Origin: an uncultured archaeon
GTDB taxonomy: Archaea > Aenigmatarchaeota > Aenigmatarchaeia > Aenigmatarchaeales > Aenigmatarchaeaceae
Direction of reading: 5' to 3'
NCBI GenBank assembly: GCA_964651405.1
Contig: CAZYZB010000002.1
Span: forward strand, 1 to 41,565
Length of the DNA: 41,565 nucleotides
The notes below the pieces were generated by a model that had not been told where the DNA came from, made no database searches, and saw nothing but the letters and a program-made list of their open reading frames with translations. Shown here in pieces: positions 16,586-26,207 of the stretch (within the stretch, counting starts at the first letter, position 1; the number at the start of each line of letters is the position of its first letter). The translations under genes and the position numbers were made by a program.

Positions 16586-17551
16586 TTATTTTTCTTCTGT
16601 GTCTTTGATTCCATCAGTGGTTATTCTAAAAATAGTTTCACCTTCAGGCAGATTCGGTGAGTCGACGATTCTTGCTATTCTTGTATCTCCTTTTGACTTT
16701 CTTAGATAAAGACGAGTTCCAGCTTGGTGAGCAAGTATATGACCACCAATTGGCACTGTTGGGTCACCGAAAAGTATGTCAGGTCTTGACATTACTTGGT
16801 TTGTGACATAAACTGCTAGGTTGTATACCTCTGCTAACCTCTGCAAAGTATGCAAATGTCTGTTTAGCTTCTGTTGTCTTGTTGCCAGTTCTCCTCTTCC
16901 TAAATAATCAGCCCTAAAAAGTGATGTGACAGAATCAACTACTAAAAGTTTGATATTTTTTTCTTTAATTAATTCTCCAGCTTTTTCAGTTAAAACCATT
17001 TGATGGTCAGAATTATAAGCTCTTACAACATAAATGTTTTCTAAAATTTCCTTTGCGTCTAATCCCTTGGCTTCAGCTATTTGTTTAACACGTTCAGGTC
17101 TGAACGTGTTCTCACAGTCAATGAATAAACAACCGCCACCCAGGCCGCCTTTTTCTCTAGGTTGTTGAACATTTACTGCCAGCTGGAATCCGAGCTGCGA
17201 TTTACCACTAGAAAAAGCTCCATGAGTTTCAGTTATTGTTTGAGTTTCTACTCCGCCTTCTAAGAGTTTGTCAAAGTTTTTTGATCCAGTTGATATTTTA
17301 CCTAGATTTTCCCTTCTTTCAAGGAAGACAGTTGCTTTTTCAAAGCCAATGTTTAAGGCCCCTCTTGCAGCATAGATTATCTTCGATGCTGTCACTTCTC
17401 CAATTTCAGCAGCAGCAACTACTTCAAGAGGCGATGCTGCAGCCAAAGCCATCATGTCAGTATAGCCGGCTTCCTTTAGTTTATCTGCTATTTTTTCACC
17501 TACACCAGGTAGGTCTGAAATGTCTTCAATTTTTTTACTCATAGAACTCAC
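16586..17551 (-). CDS. radA: DNA repair and recombination protein RadA
   Basis: 321 aa. N-terminal HhH ([12 protein letters not shown]), Walker A GAFSSGKS, Walker B LLVVDS. Confidence 0.95.
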   Translation of the reverse strand: MSSMSKKIEDISDLPGVGEKIADKLKEAGYTDMMALAAASPLEVVAAAEIGEVTASKIIYAARGALNIGFEKATVFLERRENLGKISTGSKNFDKLLEGGVETQTITETHGAFSSGKSQLGFQLAVNVQQPREKGGLGGGCLFIDCENTFRPERVKQIAEAKGLDAKEILENIYVVRAYNSDHQMVLTEKAGELIKEKNIKLLVVDSVTSLFRADYLGRGELATRQQKLNRHLHTLQRLAEVYNLAVYVTNQVMSRPDILFGDPTVPIGGHILAHQAGTRLYLRKSKGDTRIARIVDSPNLPEGETIFRITTDGIKDTEEK

Positions 17552-18541
17552 TTAAACATTCGATGCTAACATATTTATAATTTTATGAGCTTCTTCTATC
17601 GGGTCAATTTCTTTAACGTTATTAACAACAAATTCCAGTCTTTCAAACACTTTGTTCTTTCTAGCTTTCCCAACCATGATGAATTCCTTTCCTAAGATAT
17701 TCAGGTTCTCAAAGAATTCATCTTCTTTTTCCAAAGCTTGTTTTATATCCATTCCTATCAAGTCCAATGCTACGTTTCTAAAAAAGACTGCTCTTATATT
17801 GGCCGTACCATCATCGATTATTCCTGATAAAACTATGGTTTTAGTTGGTTCTACAACTCCATGTTCTGAGCATTTGAAGGTCTTTCCTTCCTTCACCACC
17901 CTACTTTCGCATTGAGGGCAGATTTCATAAAAGATGCTGGTCTCAAATAGCTGTACGAGCGATGCTCTTAACTCAGCATTCTCTCCTTCCTTCAGGGCTA
18001 TGATGTTTTTCCTTTCTATCTCAAAAGGCTTTTGCAGTTTGTCTAATGTTGGCAATTCACATTGTTCTAAAATCCTTACTCCGCCTTTATTTCCAAGTCG
18101 TAGTTCCACTCCACCCAAGCCATTGTCCCTTGTGTATGCTCCGAAAGTCTCGACTGCCATCCCAGGCTTTATTTTTTCAATTATGTCAGTTTGGTTATCC
18201 CATAAAGAAAGTCTTATGTTCCCAGTTTCATCCCCAAGTATAATGCTTGCAACTTTTCCTTTCTTTCCATTCTTTTGGAAATTTCTAGTCTCAAAAATTC
18301 TTATGACTCTTGCTGTTATTTTTAAATCCCTTATCTTTGGTACGACATTTCTTATTTCAAGTCTCCTCTTCGCCTTAGTGAAGACGTCCAAGCCTAGTTC
18401 TTTTGCGATTATGTAAGCAGCTCCTTCCTTGGAGACTAGGTTTGACAGCTCTCGTTGTTTTTCAAGTATCTTTTTTTGAACATCGTCTTGAGAAAGTCCG
18501 GTCTTTTCAATTATCTTCTGAAGTAACTCGTTAAAATCCAT
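17552..18541 (-). CDS. RPA-like single-stranded DNA-binding protein (OB folds + Zn element)
   Basis: 329 aa. OB-fold repeats and CPQCESRVVKEGKTFKCSEHG. Abuts radA with no intergenic nucleotide. Confidence 0.75.
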   Translation of the reverse strand: MDFNELLQKIIEKTGLSQDDVQKKILEKQRELSNLVSKEGAAYIIAKELGLDVFTKAKRRLEIRNVVPKIRDLKITARVIRIFETRNFQKNGKKGKVASIILGDETGNIRLSLWDNQTDIIEKIKPGMAVETFGAYTRDNGLGGVELRLGNKGGVRILEQCELPTLDKLQKPFEIERKNIIALKEGENAELRASLVQLFETSIFYEICPQCESRVVKEGKTFKCSEHGVVEPTKTIVLSGIIDDGTANIRAVFFRNVALDLIGMDIKQALEKEDEFFENLNILGKEFIMVGKARKNKVFERLEFVVNNVKEIDPIEEAHKIINMLASNV

Positions 18542-18624
18542 AAATCAAATTACTCTTTAACGTTTATATTCTTTTTTTACTATCAACAGAAGTAATCTTA
18601 ATATATAAAAATTAATTATACTTT

Positions 18625-18819
18625 ATGGCAGAGCCTAAGGCATTTTCAATTTTCTTTTCACTCGCGCTTATTCTTGTAGGAGTTCCGTTATTATTGTTTG
18701 GTATACTAGAGTATTCCTCTGACATTAATATTGGAACAGGGATTTTAGGAATAAGTATTTTTATGCTTATGCTTGGTGTAATCTTCTTAGTTGTCGTGTT
18801 GTCTCAAAAATCTACTTGA
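18625..18819 (+). CDS. Small membrane protein
   Basis: 64 aa with two hydrophobic helices. Confidence 0.35.
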   Translation: MAEPKAFSIFFSLALILVGVPLLLFGILEYSSDINIGTGILGISIFMLMLGVIFLVVVLSQKST

Positions 18820-19015
18820 TTTTCCTCTTAGCTTCTGCTATATCCTCAGTTAGCACTGTTTTTCTTCCCTTGCTTTTTGCAATTGCTGCTGCCTCTGCTG
18901 CAACATCAGCTGTCAGTTCTTCCAGCAGAATGGCAAATTCCTTAACAGCGTCATCGCTGATTCTCATGTTAGATTTTTTCAATATCTTCTCTACAGGTGC
19001 TAGTGGTATGTCCAT
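18812..19015 (-). CDS. Archaeal histone
   Basis: Histone fold: IPLAPVEKILKK...ISDDAVKEF...LEELTADVAAEAAAIAKSKGRKTVLTEDIAEA. ATG 19013-19015 (MDIPLAP) is preferred over the track start at 19039, which would overlap thyA. Confidence 0.85.
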   Translation of the reverse strand: MDIPLAPVEKILKKSNMRISDDAVKEFAILLEELTADVAAEAAAIAKSKGRKTVLTEDIAEAKRKIK

Positions 19016-19019
19016 AAAA

Positions 19020-19730
19020 TCATTTCTTGAATTTTTCAACTACTTTATTTGCAAAGTCATATTGGTCTTGATATATCTGCATTGCAACTGAGAAATGATT
19101 GTAACTGCCTATCTCGACTTCCAGTTGTTCAGCCATGTATTTCTGTAATGCCGTGAATGCAAATGCGTTTCCAGGCCAGCCGCTGAACAAGTCATTTGTC
19201 TTCATGACGACATTGAAATGAATCTTATCCTCAACTATCTGTGGATGAATTATTACTAGACAGGGCGAAGAGGTGTCTTTTCTTTGCGGAGTGAATTTTT
19301 CCAAGTCACGCATCGGTATCCATGTATGCATTACAACAGACCTTCTTCCCAAATCCTTTTTCAAGGTTTCAATTGCCTTTTGGACTTGGTCTATTCTTTT
19401 GACAACACATTTGCCGCCAGTTGTTTTTTGGACAAAATCATTTATTTCCTTTTCATTGCTTACGTTCGGCATCCAAGCTCTTATCTGGCAGTCAGGATAG
19501 CATCTTAATCTAGAATAATAAGTATAGTCAAATTCATTTTCCTTTTCAGGCGGCAAGCCGTTTACTAAATTATCTGCATACTCCTGGACTAGTTTAATGC
19601 TTATTGGAGCCAGTGATGAAAGACGAGGTTCTTTCATCGGGTTAGATATCATCAAAAACATTGGAGAATCCTTTGTCATTGTTCTAAACTCAGGCGCTTC
19701 GACCCATCTGTCAAACCCTTCAGTCATCAT
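19020..19730 (-). CDS. thyA: Thymidylate synthase, ThyA family
   Basis: 236 aa from the first ATG. Catalytic-Cys region SSPCLVI, KTNDLFSGWPGNAFAF, and SVAMQIYQDQ. A further 27 in-frame sense codons (19731-19811) that look like the true ThyA N-terminus lie upstream, with no start codon among them. Confidence 0.75.
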   Translation of the reverse strand: MMTEGFDRWVEAPEFRTMTKDSPMFLMISNPMKEPRLSSLAPISIKLVQEYADNLVNGLPPEKENEFDYTYYSRLRCYPDCQIRAWMPNVSNEKEINDFVQKTTGGKCVVKRIDQVQKAIETLKKDLGRRSVVMHTWIPMRDLEKFTPQRKDTSSPCLVIIHPQIVEDKIHFNVVMKTNDLFSGWPGNAFAFTALQKYMAEQLEVEIGSYNHFSVAMQIYQDQYDFANKVVEKFKK

Positions 19731-19811
19731 TGTGAAGACAGCCTTCTCCCAACCTTCTCCAAGAGTTTCAGCTTGAACAAATTTTACACCATAACTCGTT
19801 TTATCACCCTT

Positions 19812-20102
19812 TTATTCTTGCGTATATTCAAAACCATGCTTTAAAGCTTGTTCAGCTTTTTGCAGTTCCCTTCCTAAATATGACGCATGGTCTAATCTTG
19901 ATAAAAGTCCTCTTTTGATTATCTTTTTGCAGAGTTCTTCTGCGTTTACACCTTCTACTACTTCATTTATTTTTCCAGTCTTAATAAGTTTCTTGTCTTT
20001 TACATAATTATAATGTTCAACTACTATTTTCTTTTTTTCATGATCAACAAGAATGACAAAAAATCCCTTTATATCGAACTCGAAGTCGGTCATTTCATTC
20101 AT
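19812..20102 (-). CDS. DUF4346-like small domain protein
   Basis: 96 aa. ...LDHASYLGRELQKAEQALKHGFEYTQE resembles the DUF4346-type domain that follows MtrA-like/pterin-binding proteins (from memory; needs an HMM check). Confidence 0.55.
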   Translation of the reverse strand: MNEMTDFEFDIKGFFVILVDHEKKKIVVEHYNYVKDKKLIKTGKINEVVEGVNAEELCKKIIKRGLLSRLDHASYLGRELQKAEQALKHGFEYTQE

Positions 20103-20919
20103 CCTTTAATATATCTGATATCATTTTTACAACAGGGAACACTCGCCATGATGATTCTATAGGGCCGTAAAGTATAAAATCAGCACCAAGTATTGCTTGG
20201 CATGCGCAAAGACTGGAATCGCATATTTCTCTGACAGGCTTATCCAAGCTATGAACCCATTCAGATGCAATGTTATGAATACCACTGCCTGTTGGATATC
20301 CTAGCTCAGCTTTCAAAGCTATGACAGCTTTTATAGAGTTCAACGAGCCGGCACCGATTGGTACTACGCCGCTGTCAATTAAGACATTTTTTATTCTTGC
20401 ATTCTGCGAAAATGGCAAGAGCCTACTCTTAACATAATCAACTTTTCCTTTGACTGAGCTGTCCAAAGGATTGTAAGCGAGAAGTATAGCATTTTCAGGC
20501 CTTAGTTCTTTTATTGCATCTCTTTCATCTTCGTTCATGCCATAGTTTATAGAGTTATACACAGTATTCTTTGATTGTCCAGTTTCATTACAATGTTTCA
20601 GCACTTTTATTCTAGTCTCCCAGTCTTCCGAGTCAATGGAGAAAGGAATGTTGAAAGCATTTACAAAATTAATTATCTTTTCAAAATCATCTTCCTTGTC
20701 GAAGAATACGTCTAAAAGAAAGTTCAGCTCAGTTTTTTCTTTTAAATTTAAGACAGTCTCAATCTGTCTTCTTGCTTCATCAAAATCTATTCCATTTATA
20801 GTCCTTATTCTCTTCTCTTCTCTGTAAAGCATTGTTGCAATTAGAAGCATTGGGTTATTAGCGCCAACCTTTACGCTTCCAATTTCAACAGTCTTCAATT
20901 CTTTTGGGAATTTGAACAT
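20095..20919 (-). CDS. MtrH-like pterin-binding methyltransferase
   Basis: 274 aa. Pattern IGSVKVGANNPMLLIATMLY ... IDFDEARRQIE ... as in the MtrH family. Overlaps the downstream gene by 8 nt and abuts the upstream gene. Confidence 0.65.
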   Translation of the reverse strand: MFKFPKELKTVEIGSVKVGANNPMLLIATMLYREEKRIRTINGIDFDEARRQIETVLNLKEKTELNFLLDVFFDKEDDFEKIINFVNAFNIPFSIDSEDWETRIKVLKHCNETGQSKNTVYNSINYGMNEDERDAIKELRPENAILLAYNPLDSSVKGKVDYVKSRLLPFSQNARIKNVLIDSGVVPIGAGSLNSIKAVIALKAELGYPTGSGIHNIASEWVHSLDKPVREICDSSLCACQAILGADFILYGPIESSWRVFPVVKMISDILKDE

Positions 20920-21504
20920 CTAATCACAAATTATAAAGTTTATTGGATCAAAAACTAAATTATCAGCAATCACAACATTATTTCCGCTATAAGCTATTTC
21001 TTTTTTAGTTTCTTCAATTAGCCTAAAAATAAAAGGTTCTTCATTATATGCTTCTTCTCTTGGAATAAGCTTGATTTTTTCAATTATTTTTATAACATCA
21101 GTTTCGTCAATTAAATTTATAACCTTTTTTACCTGTCTTCTAAATCTTTCAACAACCTCTTTAGGAATATTTTCTATGAAAGGTATGGCTCCCTTTGAAC
21201 CGACGATTCTACCGTTCTCGTCAATTCCGTTCTCATGGATTGCAACCAAGCTTTGACCTGAAAAATGCCCTTTAGATTCCTTGCCGCAAACTACAATATA
21301 CCTTATATTGCAGTTAGAGATTGTGTTTATTATTACTCTTTCTATTCCAAGGTTCTCTGTTCTCATCTCTCCACAAAGAGTAAACAAATCCTTTGGGAAG
21401 TTAAATTTGCTTGAAAGAGTTGCAATAGCAACATTAGATTCTTTGTTTCCAACTTCATATTTTCCAGAAAGTATAGGCCAGTTTTCAGCAATTTTTGAAG
21501 TCAT
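20920..21504 (-). CDS. MtrA-like protein (soluble, no membrane anchor)
   Basis: 194 aa. TENLGIERVIINTISNCNIRYIVVCGKESKGHFSGQSL...NGIDENGRIVGSKGAIPFIEN follows the MtrA soluble-domain pattern. Confidence 0.7.
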   Translation of the reverse strand: MTSKIAENWPILSGKYEVGNKESNVAIATLSSKFNFPKDLFTLCGEMRTENLGIERVIINTISNCNIRYIVVCGKESKGHFSGQSLVAIHENGIDENGRIVGSKGAIPFIENIPKEVVERFRRQVKKVINLIDETDVIKIIEKIKLIPREEAYNEEPFIFRLIEETKKEIAYSGNNVVIADNLVFDPINFIICD

Positions 21505-21625
21505 TAATTCTAATGATATTTTAAAATATTTATGCCTTTGTTTTTAGAAAAAAAGTTTCTCAAAGTATTTAAATAATTATGAGTAGACTGAAGCATATAT
21601 ATTTAGGCGAAATTTAGTAAGTTAT

Positions 21626-21865
21626 ATGGGAGAACTATCAATATTTTTAATTATAATTACTATTTTTGTATCAATATTTTTTATCTCAGTTATATTCTTA
21701 ATTACGCGTTTTATTACAAAAAAGAAAGTTTCTAGAAATACGAAGATTCTTGGTTATGTTTTAGTTATAATTCTTTTAATAATATTCATTTTTGCACTGT
21801 TTATTCTACTGTTTGAGATTATTGGTGGCTATTTTCTTGGAAATCAATTAACTACGTCTGTGTAA
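21626..21865 (+). CDS. Small membrane protein
   Basis: 79 aa with two long hydrophobic segments. Confidence 0.4.
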   Translation: MGELSIFLIIITIFVSIFFISVIFLITRFITKKKVSRNTKILGYVLVIILLIIFIFALFILLFEIIGGYFLGNQLTTSV

Positions 21866-22167
21866 AAATATATATGCTTGTGAGTAAAGGTAATTTTTAA
21901 ATAACTAGGAGATAATAGCAACATATATAAAATTTAAATTCATTAACACTTATCATTGATTTATATGAAAGAATCAACCAGAGGATTACTAGAAAAGGCT
22001 CAGAAAGACGCTGATGGAAATTATAAAAGTAATCTGCCACCTTTAGATGAAAGTAAAGCTTACACCTGCTCAGAATGCAAAGGTCTTAGTAAATGTCTCA
22101 GATGTAGAATTTACTTGAATAGTTAATTAAATTTTAAGAATCTATATATGCTTATAAAACCTCGTAA

Positions 22168-22413
22168 TTGTTTAAACAACTTTCTTGTAACATAAGCATT
22201 ATAAATAAACAATTAATTTTTATATTTTCAAATTCTATTCTTGAGAGTGATTTGATGGGGTTTAAAGGCATGATAAGGGATGTCATAATGTTCTATGTTG
22301 GAGTGCAATTAATCCTTGGAAGTGCGAATATCTTCAATTTAGGTCTAATATTAATAATTACAGCAGTAATCTTTACAATACTAGGCTTTATAATTGCTTT
22401 TGGTGGTGGTTAG
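22168..22413 (+). CDS. Small membrane protein
   Basis: 81-aa ORF. The C-terminal half (from MGFKGMIRD) is hydrophobic. The start is uncertain. Confidence 0.3.
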   Translation: MFKQLSCNISIINKQLIFIFSNSILESDLMGFKGMIRDVIMFYVGVQLILGSANIFNLGLILIITAVIFTILGFIIAFGGG

Positions 22414-23649
22414 TTGTTAGACAAAATAATAGATATTGTAAACGCTCAAAACAAGTGGAGAAGAGAGCAATGCATAAACATGATTGCTTCAGAGTCCTTG
22501 ATGTCGCCATTAGCAGAAAAATATTTTGTGACTGATTTTGCAGGAAGATACAACGAACATAGTGGACCTGAGCGTCACTATCATGGCACACAGCATTCTT
22601 ATGACATAGAAGAGCTTTGCAATGAGATATTTAGAAAGAATTTTAACACACCTTTTGTTGACTGTCGTCCAATATCTGGCGGAATTGCTAATTTAATTGT
22701 TTATACTGCTTTTGCAAAACCAGGAGATAACATCGTTGCTTTAGGAATCCCGAATGGTGCTCACGTCAGCTCTACTCAATGGGGGATGGCTGGCGTTAGG
22801 GGATTAAATTCTATTGACATGTTCTTTGATCCAAAGGAAATGAACATAGATGTTGATAAGACCGTCCAATTGATAAAAAAAGTAAATCCAAAAGTCGTTA
22901 TGTTTGGAGCTTCTATGTTTCTATTTCCTCATCCGATAAGAAAGATAAAGGAACAAATAGATGTAGGCATAAAGATTGCCTATGATTCTGCTCACGTGTT
23001 CGGGCTGGTTTATAACAAGATGTTCCAAGAGCCTTTGGAAGAAGGTGCTGATGTCATTTGCTCCTCTACTCACAAGACATTCCAGGGACCGCAGGGCGGA
23101 ATAATAATTGGAAGGAAGGACTTGGATGAAAAAGACTGGAAAAAAATTCAAACAGCAATTTTTCCAGGTACAATATCAAATCATCACATCCATAGAATCC
23201 CTCCTTTGGCAATAACAGCATTGGAGATGAACGAGTATGGGAAAGAATATGCTAAGCAGGTAATTAAAAATGCTAAAACATTAGGAAGAGCTCTGTACGA
23301 CCTAGGCTTTAAGGTCCTTTGTCCTGAGAAGGATTTTACAGAATCGCATCAAGTCATAGTCAACGTCAAGGAGTTTGGTGGCGGAAGAACTGTCGCTGAA
23401 ATACTTGAAGCGAACAACATAATATGCAACAAGATGTCTTTGCCAATAGACACTCCGCAGGACGCGACCAAGAATCCGTCTGGAATAAGACTTGGTACAC
23501 AAGAGCTGACGAGAATTGGTATGAAGGAGCATAACATCGAGGAAGTGGCAGAGTTCTTTAAGAAAGCAATAAAAGAAAAAAGAAACATCAAGAAGGATGT
23601 CGAGGAATTTAGGAAGACTTTCCAGAAAATCCATTACTGTTTCGATTAA
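22414..23649 (+). CDS. glyA: Serine hydroxymethyltransferase
   Basis: 411 aa. SESLMSP and the PLP-lysine motif SSTHKTFQGPQGG. TTG start. Confidence 0.9.
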   Translation: MLDKIIDIVNAQNKWRREQCINMIASESLMSPLAEKYFVTDFAGRYNEHSGPERHYHGTQHSYDIEELCNEIFRKNFNTPFVDCRPISGGIANLIVYTAFAKPGDNIVALGIPNGAHVSSTQWGMAGVRGLNSIDMFFDPKEMNIDVDKTVQLIKKVNPKVVMFGASMFLFPHPIRKIKEQIDVGIKIAYDSAHVFGLVYNKMFQEPLEEGADVICSSTHKTFQGPQGGIIIGRKDLDEKDWKKIQTAIFPGTISNHHIHRIPPLAITALEMNEYGKEYAKQVIKNAKTLGRALYDLGFKVLCPEKDFTESHQVIVNVKEFGGGRTVAEILEANNIICNKMSLPIDTPQDATKNPSGIRLGTQELTRIGMKEHNIEEVAEFFKKAIKEKRNIKKDVEEFRKTFQKIHYCFD

Positions 23650-23673
23650 ATCCTTTTCTGTTCTAAATTAATT

Positions 23674-23925
23674 ATGAAAAAAGAACTAGACATAATACTG
23701 AAGCTAACAAAGAAGGATGAAGAGGAAATTAAAGAAGCATTCAAGTCAGGTAATGACGATTTTATCTATACAAGATTTGATTGTAAAAATGATAACAGAA
23801 TAGTAAACTCGATCTTTTGCAGAGGATGCGAATATGCATATAAAATTGATATAAGGAATCCTTGGCTGTTTGGTTGCTATGTTCAGGATTATATAAGACA
23901 GGTTAAAGAACAAATAAGGATTTAA
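23674..23925 (+). CDS. Hypothetical protein
   Basis: 83-aa ORF between glyA and the MTHFR-like gene. Contains CRGC. No domain recognised. Confidence 0.4.
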   Translation: MKKELDIILKLTKKDEEEIKEAFKSGNDDFIYTRFDCKNDNRIVNSIFCRGCEYAYKIDIRNPWLFGCYVQDYIRQVKEQIRI

Positions 23926-23948
23926 GTTTTATTGTTCTATGGATTTTT

Positions 23949-24305
23949 ATGCAGGATACTGATTTTTTCAATGCTATTGTAGCTTTAAAGAAGTTTGATA
24001 AAGATGCGATTCAAAGGCTTGTTCCTATTTTAGAGAGGGCTCATAGTCAAGTTGTGGAATATAGCAATATCCATGATAAGAAAACAGTACAATTAAAAAC
24101 AGAAGAGGGGAAAAGATATTGGATAAGCCCTGAAGGCGTAAACGTTGTTGTTTGGAATCCTGACGCCATAGTTGGCGGTTGTTTATTCCCCATGCATACT
24201 ATTCATAGGGAATATGGCATGACGCCTTCGAAGTTTGTTGAAAAATATGTGACAGATTTGGACGAGGCGCGTAAGATCGCTAGAAATCTTAATGTTTCTC
24301 TATGA
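23949..24305 (+). CDS. Hypothetical protein
   Basis: 118-aa ORF with no domain recognised. Confidence 0.4.
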   Translation: MQDTDFFNAIVALKKFDKDAIQRLVPILERAHSQVVEYSNIHDKKTVQLKTEEGKRYWISPEGVNVVVWNPDAIVGGCLFPMHTIHREYGMTPSKFVEKYVTDLDEARKIARNLNVSL

Positions 24306-25085
24306 CTATTGGATTAGTGTCTTTGCTTTTTCAAAATTCCCAAAAGGCATTATGTTAACGCCTCTTGCTCCAGTTTCTTTGATATCTCTTATCAAGTTTG
24401 CATACACGTCGTCTAGATTTTCTTCGAATACGTCTGTTGGGAATATGCCAGGCATCATTTTATTCAAGTTCTCAGCCTCTTCCTTCGAGTATAATGTTAA
24501 CAAGCCAATGAAAACAGGAGCTTCGATTGACTTTACAAATTTTTCAATACTGATCATATCAAAACAAGGTTGTGTCATAACGAACTCTGCGCCAGCAGCT
24601 ATTTTTTCCTTTGTTCTTTTTATCTCCACATCGAGGTTTGCATTAAGGTTTGCTCCGCAGCCGATAAAGAGCTCTGTGTTCTTTTTTTCGTTCAGTTCTT
24701 TTATGAATTTTATCAGTCCTAACGAGGAGAACTCAAAAACAGGTTTTGCTTTGAATCTCTCACTTATCTTATCACCTGTTAAAGCAAGGATGTTCTTTAT
24801 ATCCAAGGCCCTTGCAGCGAGCAAAAGAGCCTTTATTTCTATCAGATTCCTATCTCTGCAGGTGAAATGCATTATAGTTGGCGTCTTGAGGTTATGTTCG
24901 ACCTTGTGGCATAAAGCAATAGGATTCATTAGTGGGTATGCTAGAGGCGAATCGACCACATTGAAAGCGTCCGCGTTCAAGTCCTTTATCTTAGAGAGTA
25001 TTTCGCTAAGATCCGGTCTCGTAGGTGGCTCTAGTTCTACAATATATAGAAAGTCTCCTTCTTTTACAAGTTGTCTAAAATCCAT
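24306..25085 (-). CDS. metF: Methylenetetrahydrofolate reductase-like protein
   Basis: 259 aa. MTHFR-like TIM-barrel pattern: YIVELEPP, FNVVDSP, MHFTCRDRN, ILALTGD. The long + strand ORF 24292..25101 is its antisense shadow. Confidence 0.7.
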   Translation of the reverse strand: MDFRQLVKEGDFLYIVELEPPTRPDLSEILSKIKDLNADAFNVVDSPLAYPLMNPIALCHKVEHNLKTPTIMHFTCRDRNLIEIKALLLAARALDIKNILALTGDKISERFKAKPVFEFSSLGLIKFIKELNEKKNTELFIGCGANLNANLDVEIKRTKEKIAAGAEFVMTQPCFDMISIEKFVKSIEAPVFIGLLTLYSKEEAENLNKMMPGIFPTDVFEENLDDVYANLIRDIKETGARGVNIMPFGNFEKAKTLIQ

Positions 25086-25146
25086 ATTATCACTTGATTA
25101 AACTTACTTTAATAAGTTTAAATTTTTATTTTTTATTAAAATTAAT

Positions 25147-25389
25147 ATGAGAAGACAGCGTTGCATGTATAGTGGAGACTGTGAAGGTAAGACTCCTAAG
25201 AGTAGTAGATTTACTCATATGGAGATAGGAGGTGTCAATTACTGCTGCATTCGAGACCACTGTAATCAAAAGGAGAAAAACTATAATAGAATAAGAAAAC
25301 GTTTAAATTTTGTAGGAGTTGAGGCTTCTAAGAAAAAGAAGTTTATTTATCACAATTATCTCGATCTCACTAACCCCTCACATTCGTGA
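25147..25389 (+). CDS. Hypothetical Cys-rich basic protein
   Basis: 80-aa ORF whose stop lies inside a CTCAC-ATTC-GTGAG hairpin. Confidence 0.3.
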   Translation: MRRQRCMYSGDCEGKTPKSSRFTHMEIGGVNYCCIRDHCNQKEKNYNRIRKRLNFVGVEASKKKKFIYHNYLDLTNPSHS

Positions 25390-25658
25390 GATAAGCAAAA
25401 GTTCTTACAAAATCTCATTTCTTAGGCATTTCTCACTTCCTAAAAGGAAAAAGTGAGACTAAAAGTCAAGCGAAAAAATGATGTTTCAGCGAATATATTT
25501 TATAATATATCTATTTAGTCATAATAATCGTAATAAATATAGGCCATTAAATATGTAACGTCATATATATTACTAATATAATAACAGAAAGTATATGACT
25601 CAGATTATAAATTAGGCTTATATATCAAAAAAACAAAAAAATATTAGGTGAAAACATC

Positions 25659-25982
25659 TTGACAATGAAAAAAATTCAGAAAAATGCATTTGAAATGATT
25701 TTTCTTCATCCAAAGCCTGTAAAAATGTTGACGAGTTTGAAGAATGAGGACATAAGATACGCCACACAAGTGTCAAAAGTTGTTGATTGCACTTATTCTC
25801 ACACTGTCAAAGTCCTGGATATGTTCAGGAGATTAGGTCTAGTCGAGTTTGAGAAGAAAGGAAGAGTAAAATTAATCAAGCTTACTGATAACGGAATAGA
25901 TATTGCACATGACTTCGAGGGAATAAGAAGAAAATTCGCTAAACTTGGTATAGACTTCAAAGAATTTCCATTAAAGGAATAA
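25659..25982 (+). CDS. Winged-helix transcription regulator
   Basis: 107 aa. IRYATQVSKVVDCTYSHTVKVLDMFRRLGLVEFEKKGRVKLIKLT is an HTH plus beta-wing. Confidence 0.55.
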   Translation: MTMKKIQKNAFEMIFLHPKPVKMLTSLKNEDIRYATQVSKVVDCTYSHTVKVLDMFRRLGLVEFEKKGRVKLIKLTDNGIDIAHDFEGIRRKFAKLGIDFKEFPLKE

Positions 25983-26207
25983 TAAAAGTTTCTCATTTGG
26001 GCTATCCCTTTACGTAAAAATATGTGTAAAAAATTCTATAGACAGTTGTTGTTAATCTATCACTCCTTTAGGATGTTTATACCATAGCATCATGATCATT
26101 TGATGAGAGATGTCTATGGTACATCCATATCTAAAGTCAATTTTTTCATGTCGGACCGTTACGGACACTTATCATTAATCTTTATATGTAGGTTATCAAA
26201 TATAATT

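Noticed and set aside
19812-19814. TAA between the DUF4346-like ORF and thyA as evidence of genome-wide stop-codon reassignment.
   Set aside because: TAA terminates many well-supported genes here at the expected protein ends, e.g. dnaG at 1977-1979 and tldD at 3409-3411. Any readthrough would have to be local.
21965-22126. 53-codon ORF (MKESTRGLLEKAQKDADGNYKS...CSECKGLSKCLRC) as a small Zn-binding protein.
   Set aside because: It is below the track threshold, has no recognisable family and no clear promoter spacing. It is kept only as a note.
23645-23660. GATTAAATCCTTTTCTG after glyA, as an inverted copy of the cassette site.
   Set aside because: Only the 8-nt TTAAATCC core matches. There is no flanking similarity to either half of the repeat.
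24292-25101. Long + strand ORF (269 aa) and many other track ORFs antisense to well-supported genes, e.g. 848-1111, 1280-1699, 8609-9473, 17236-18416, 35487-36563 and 40222-40680.
   Set aside because: They are low-complexity, Ser/Phe/Leu-rich shadow frames fully embedded in genes with clear family motifs on the other strand.
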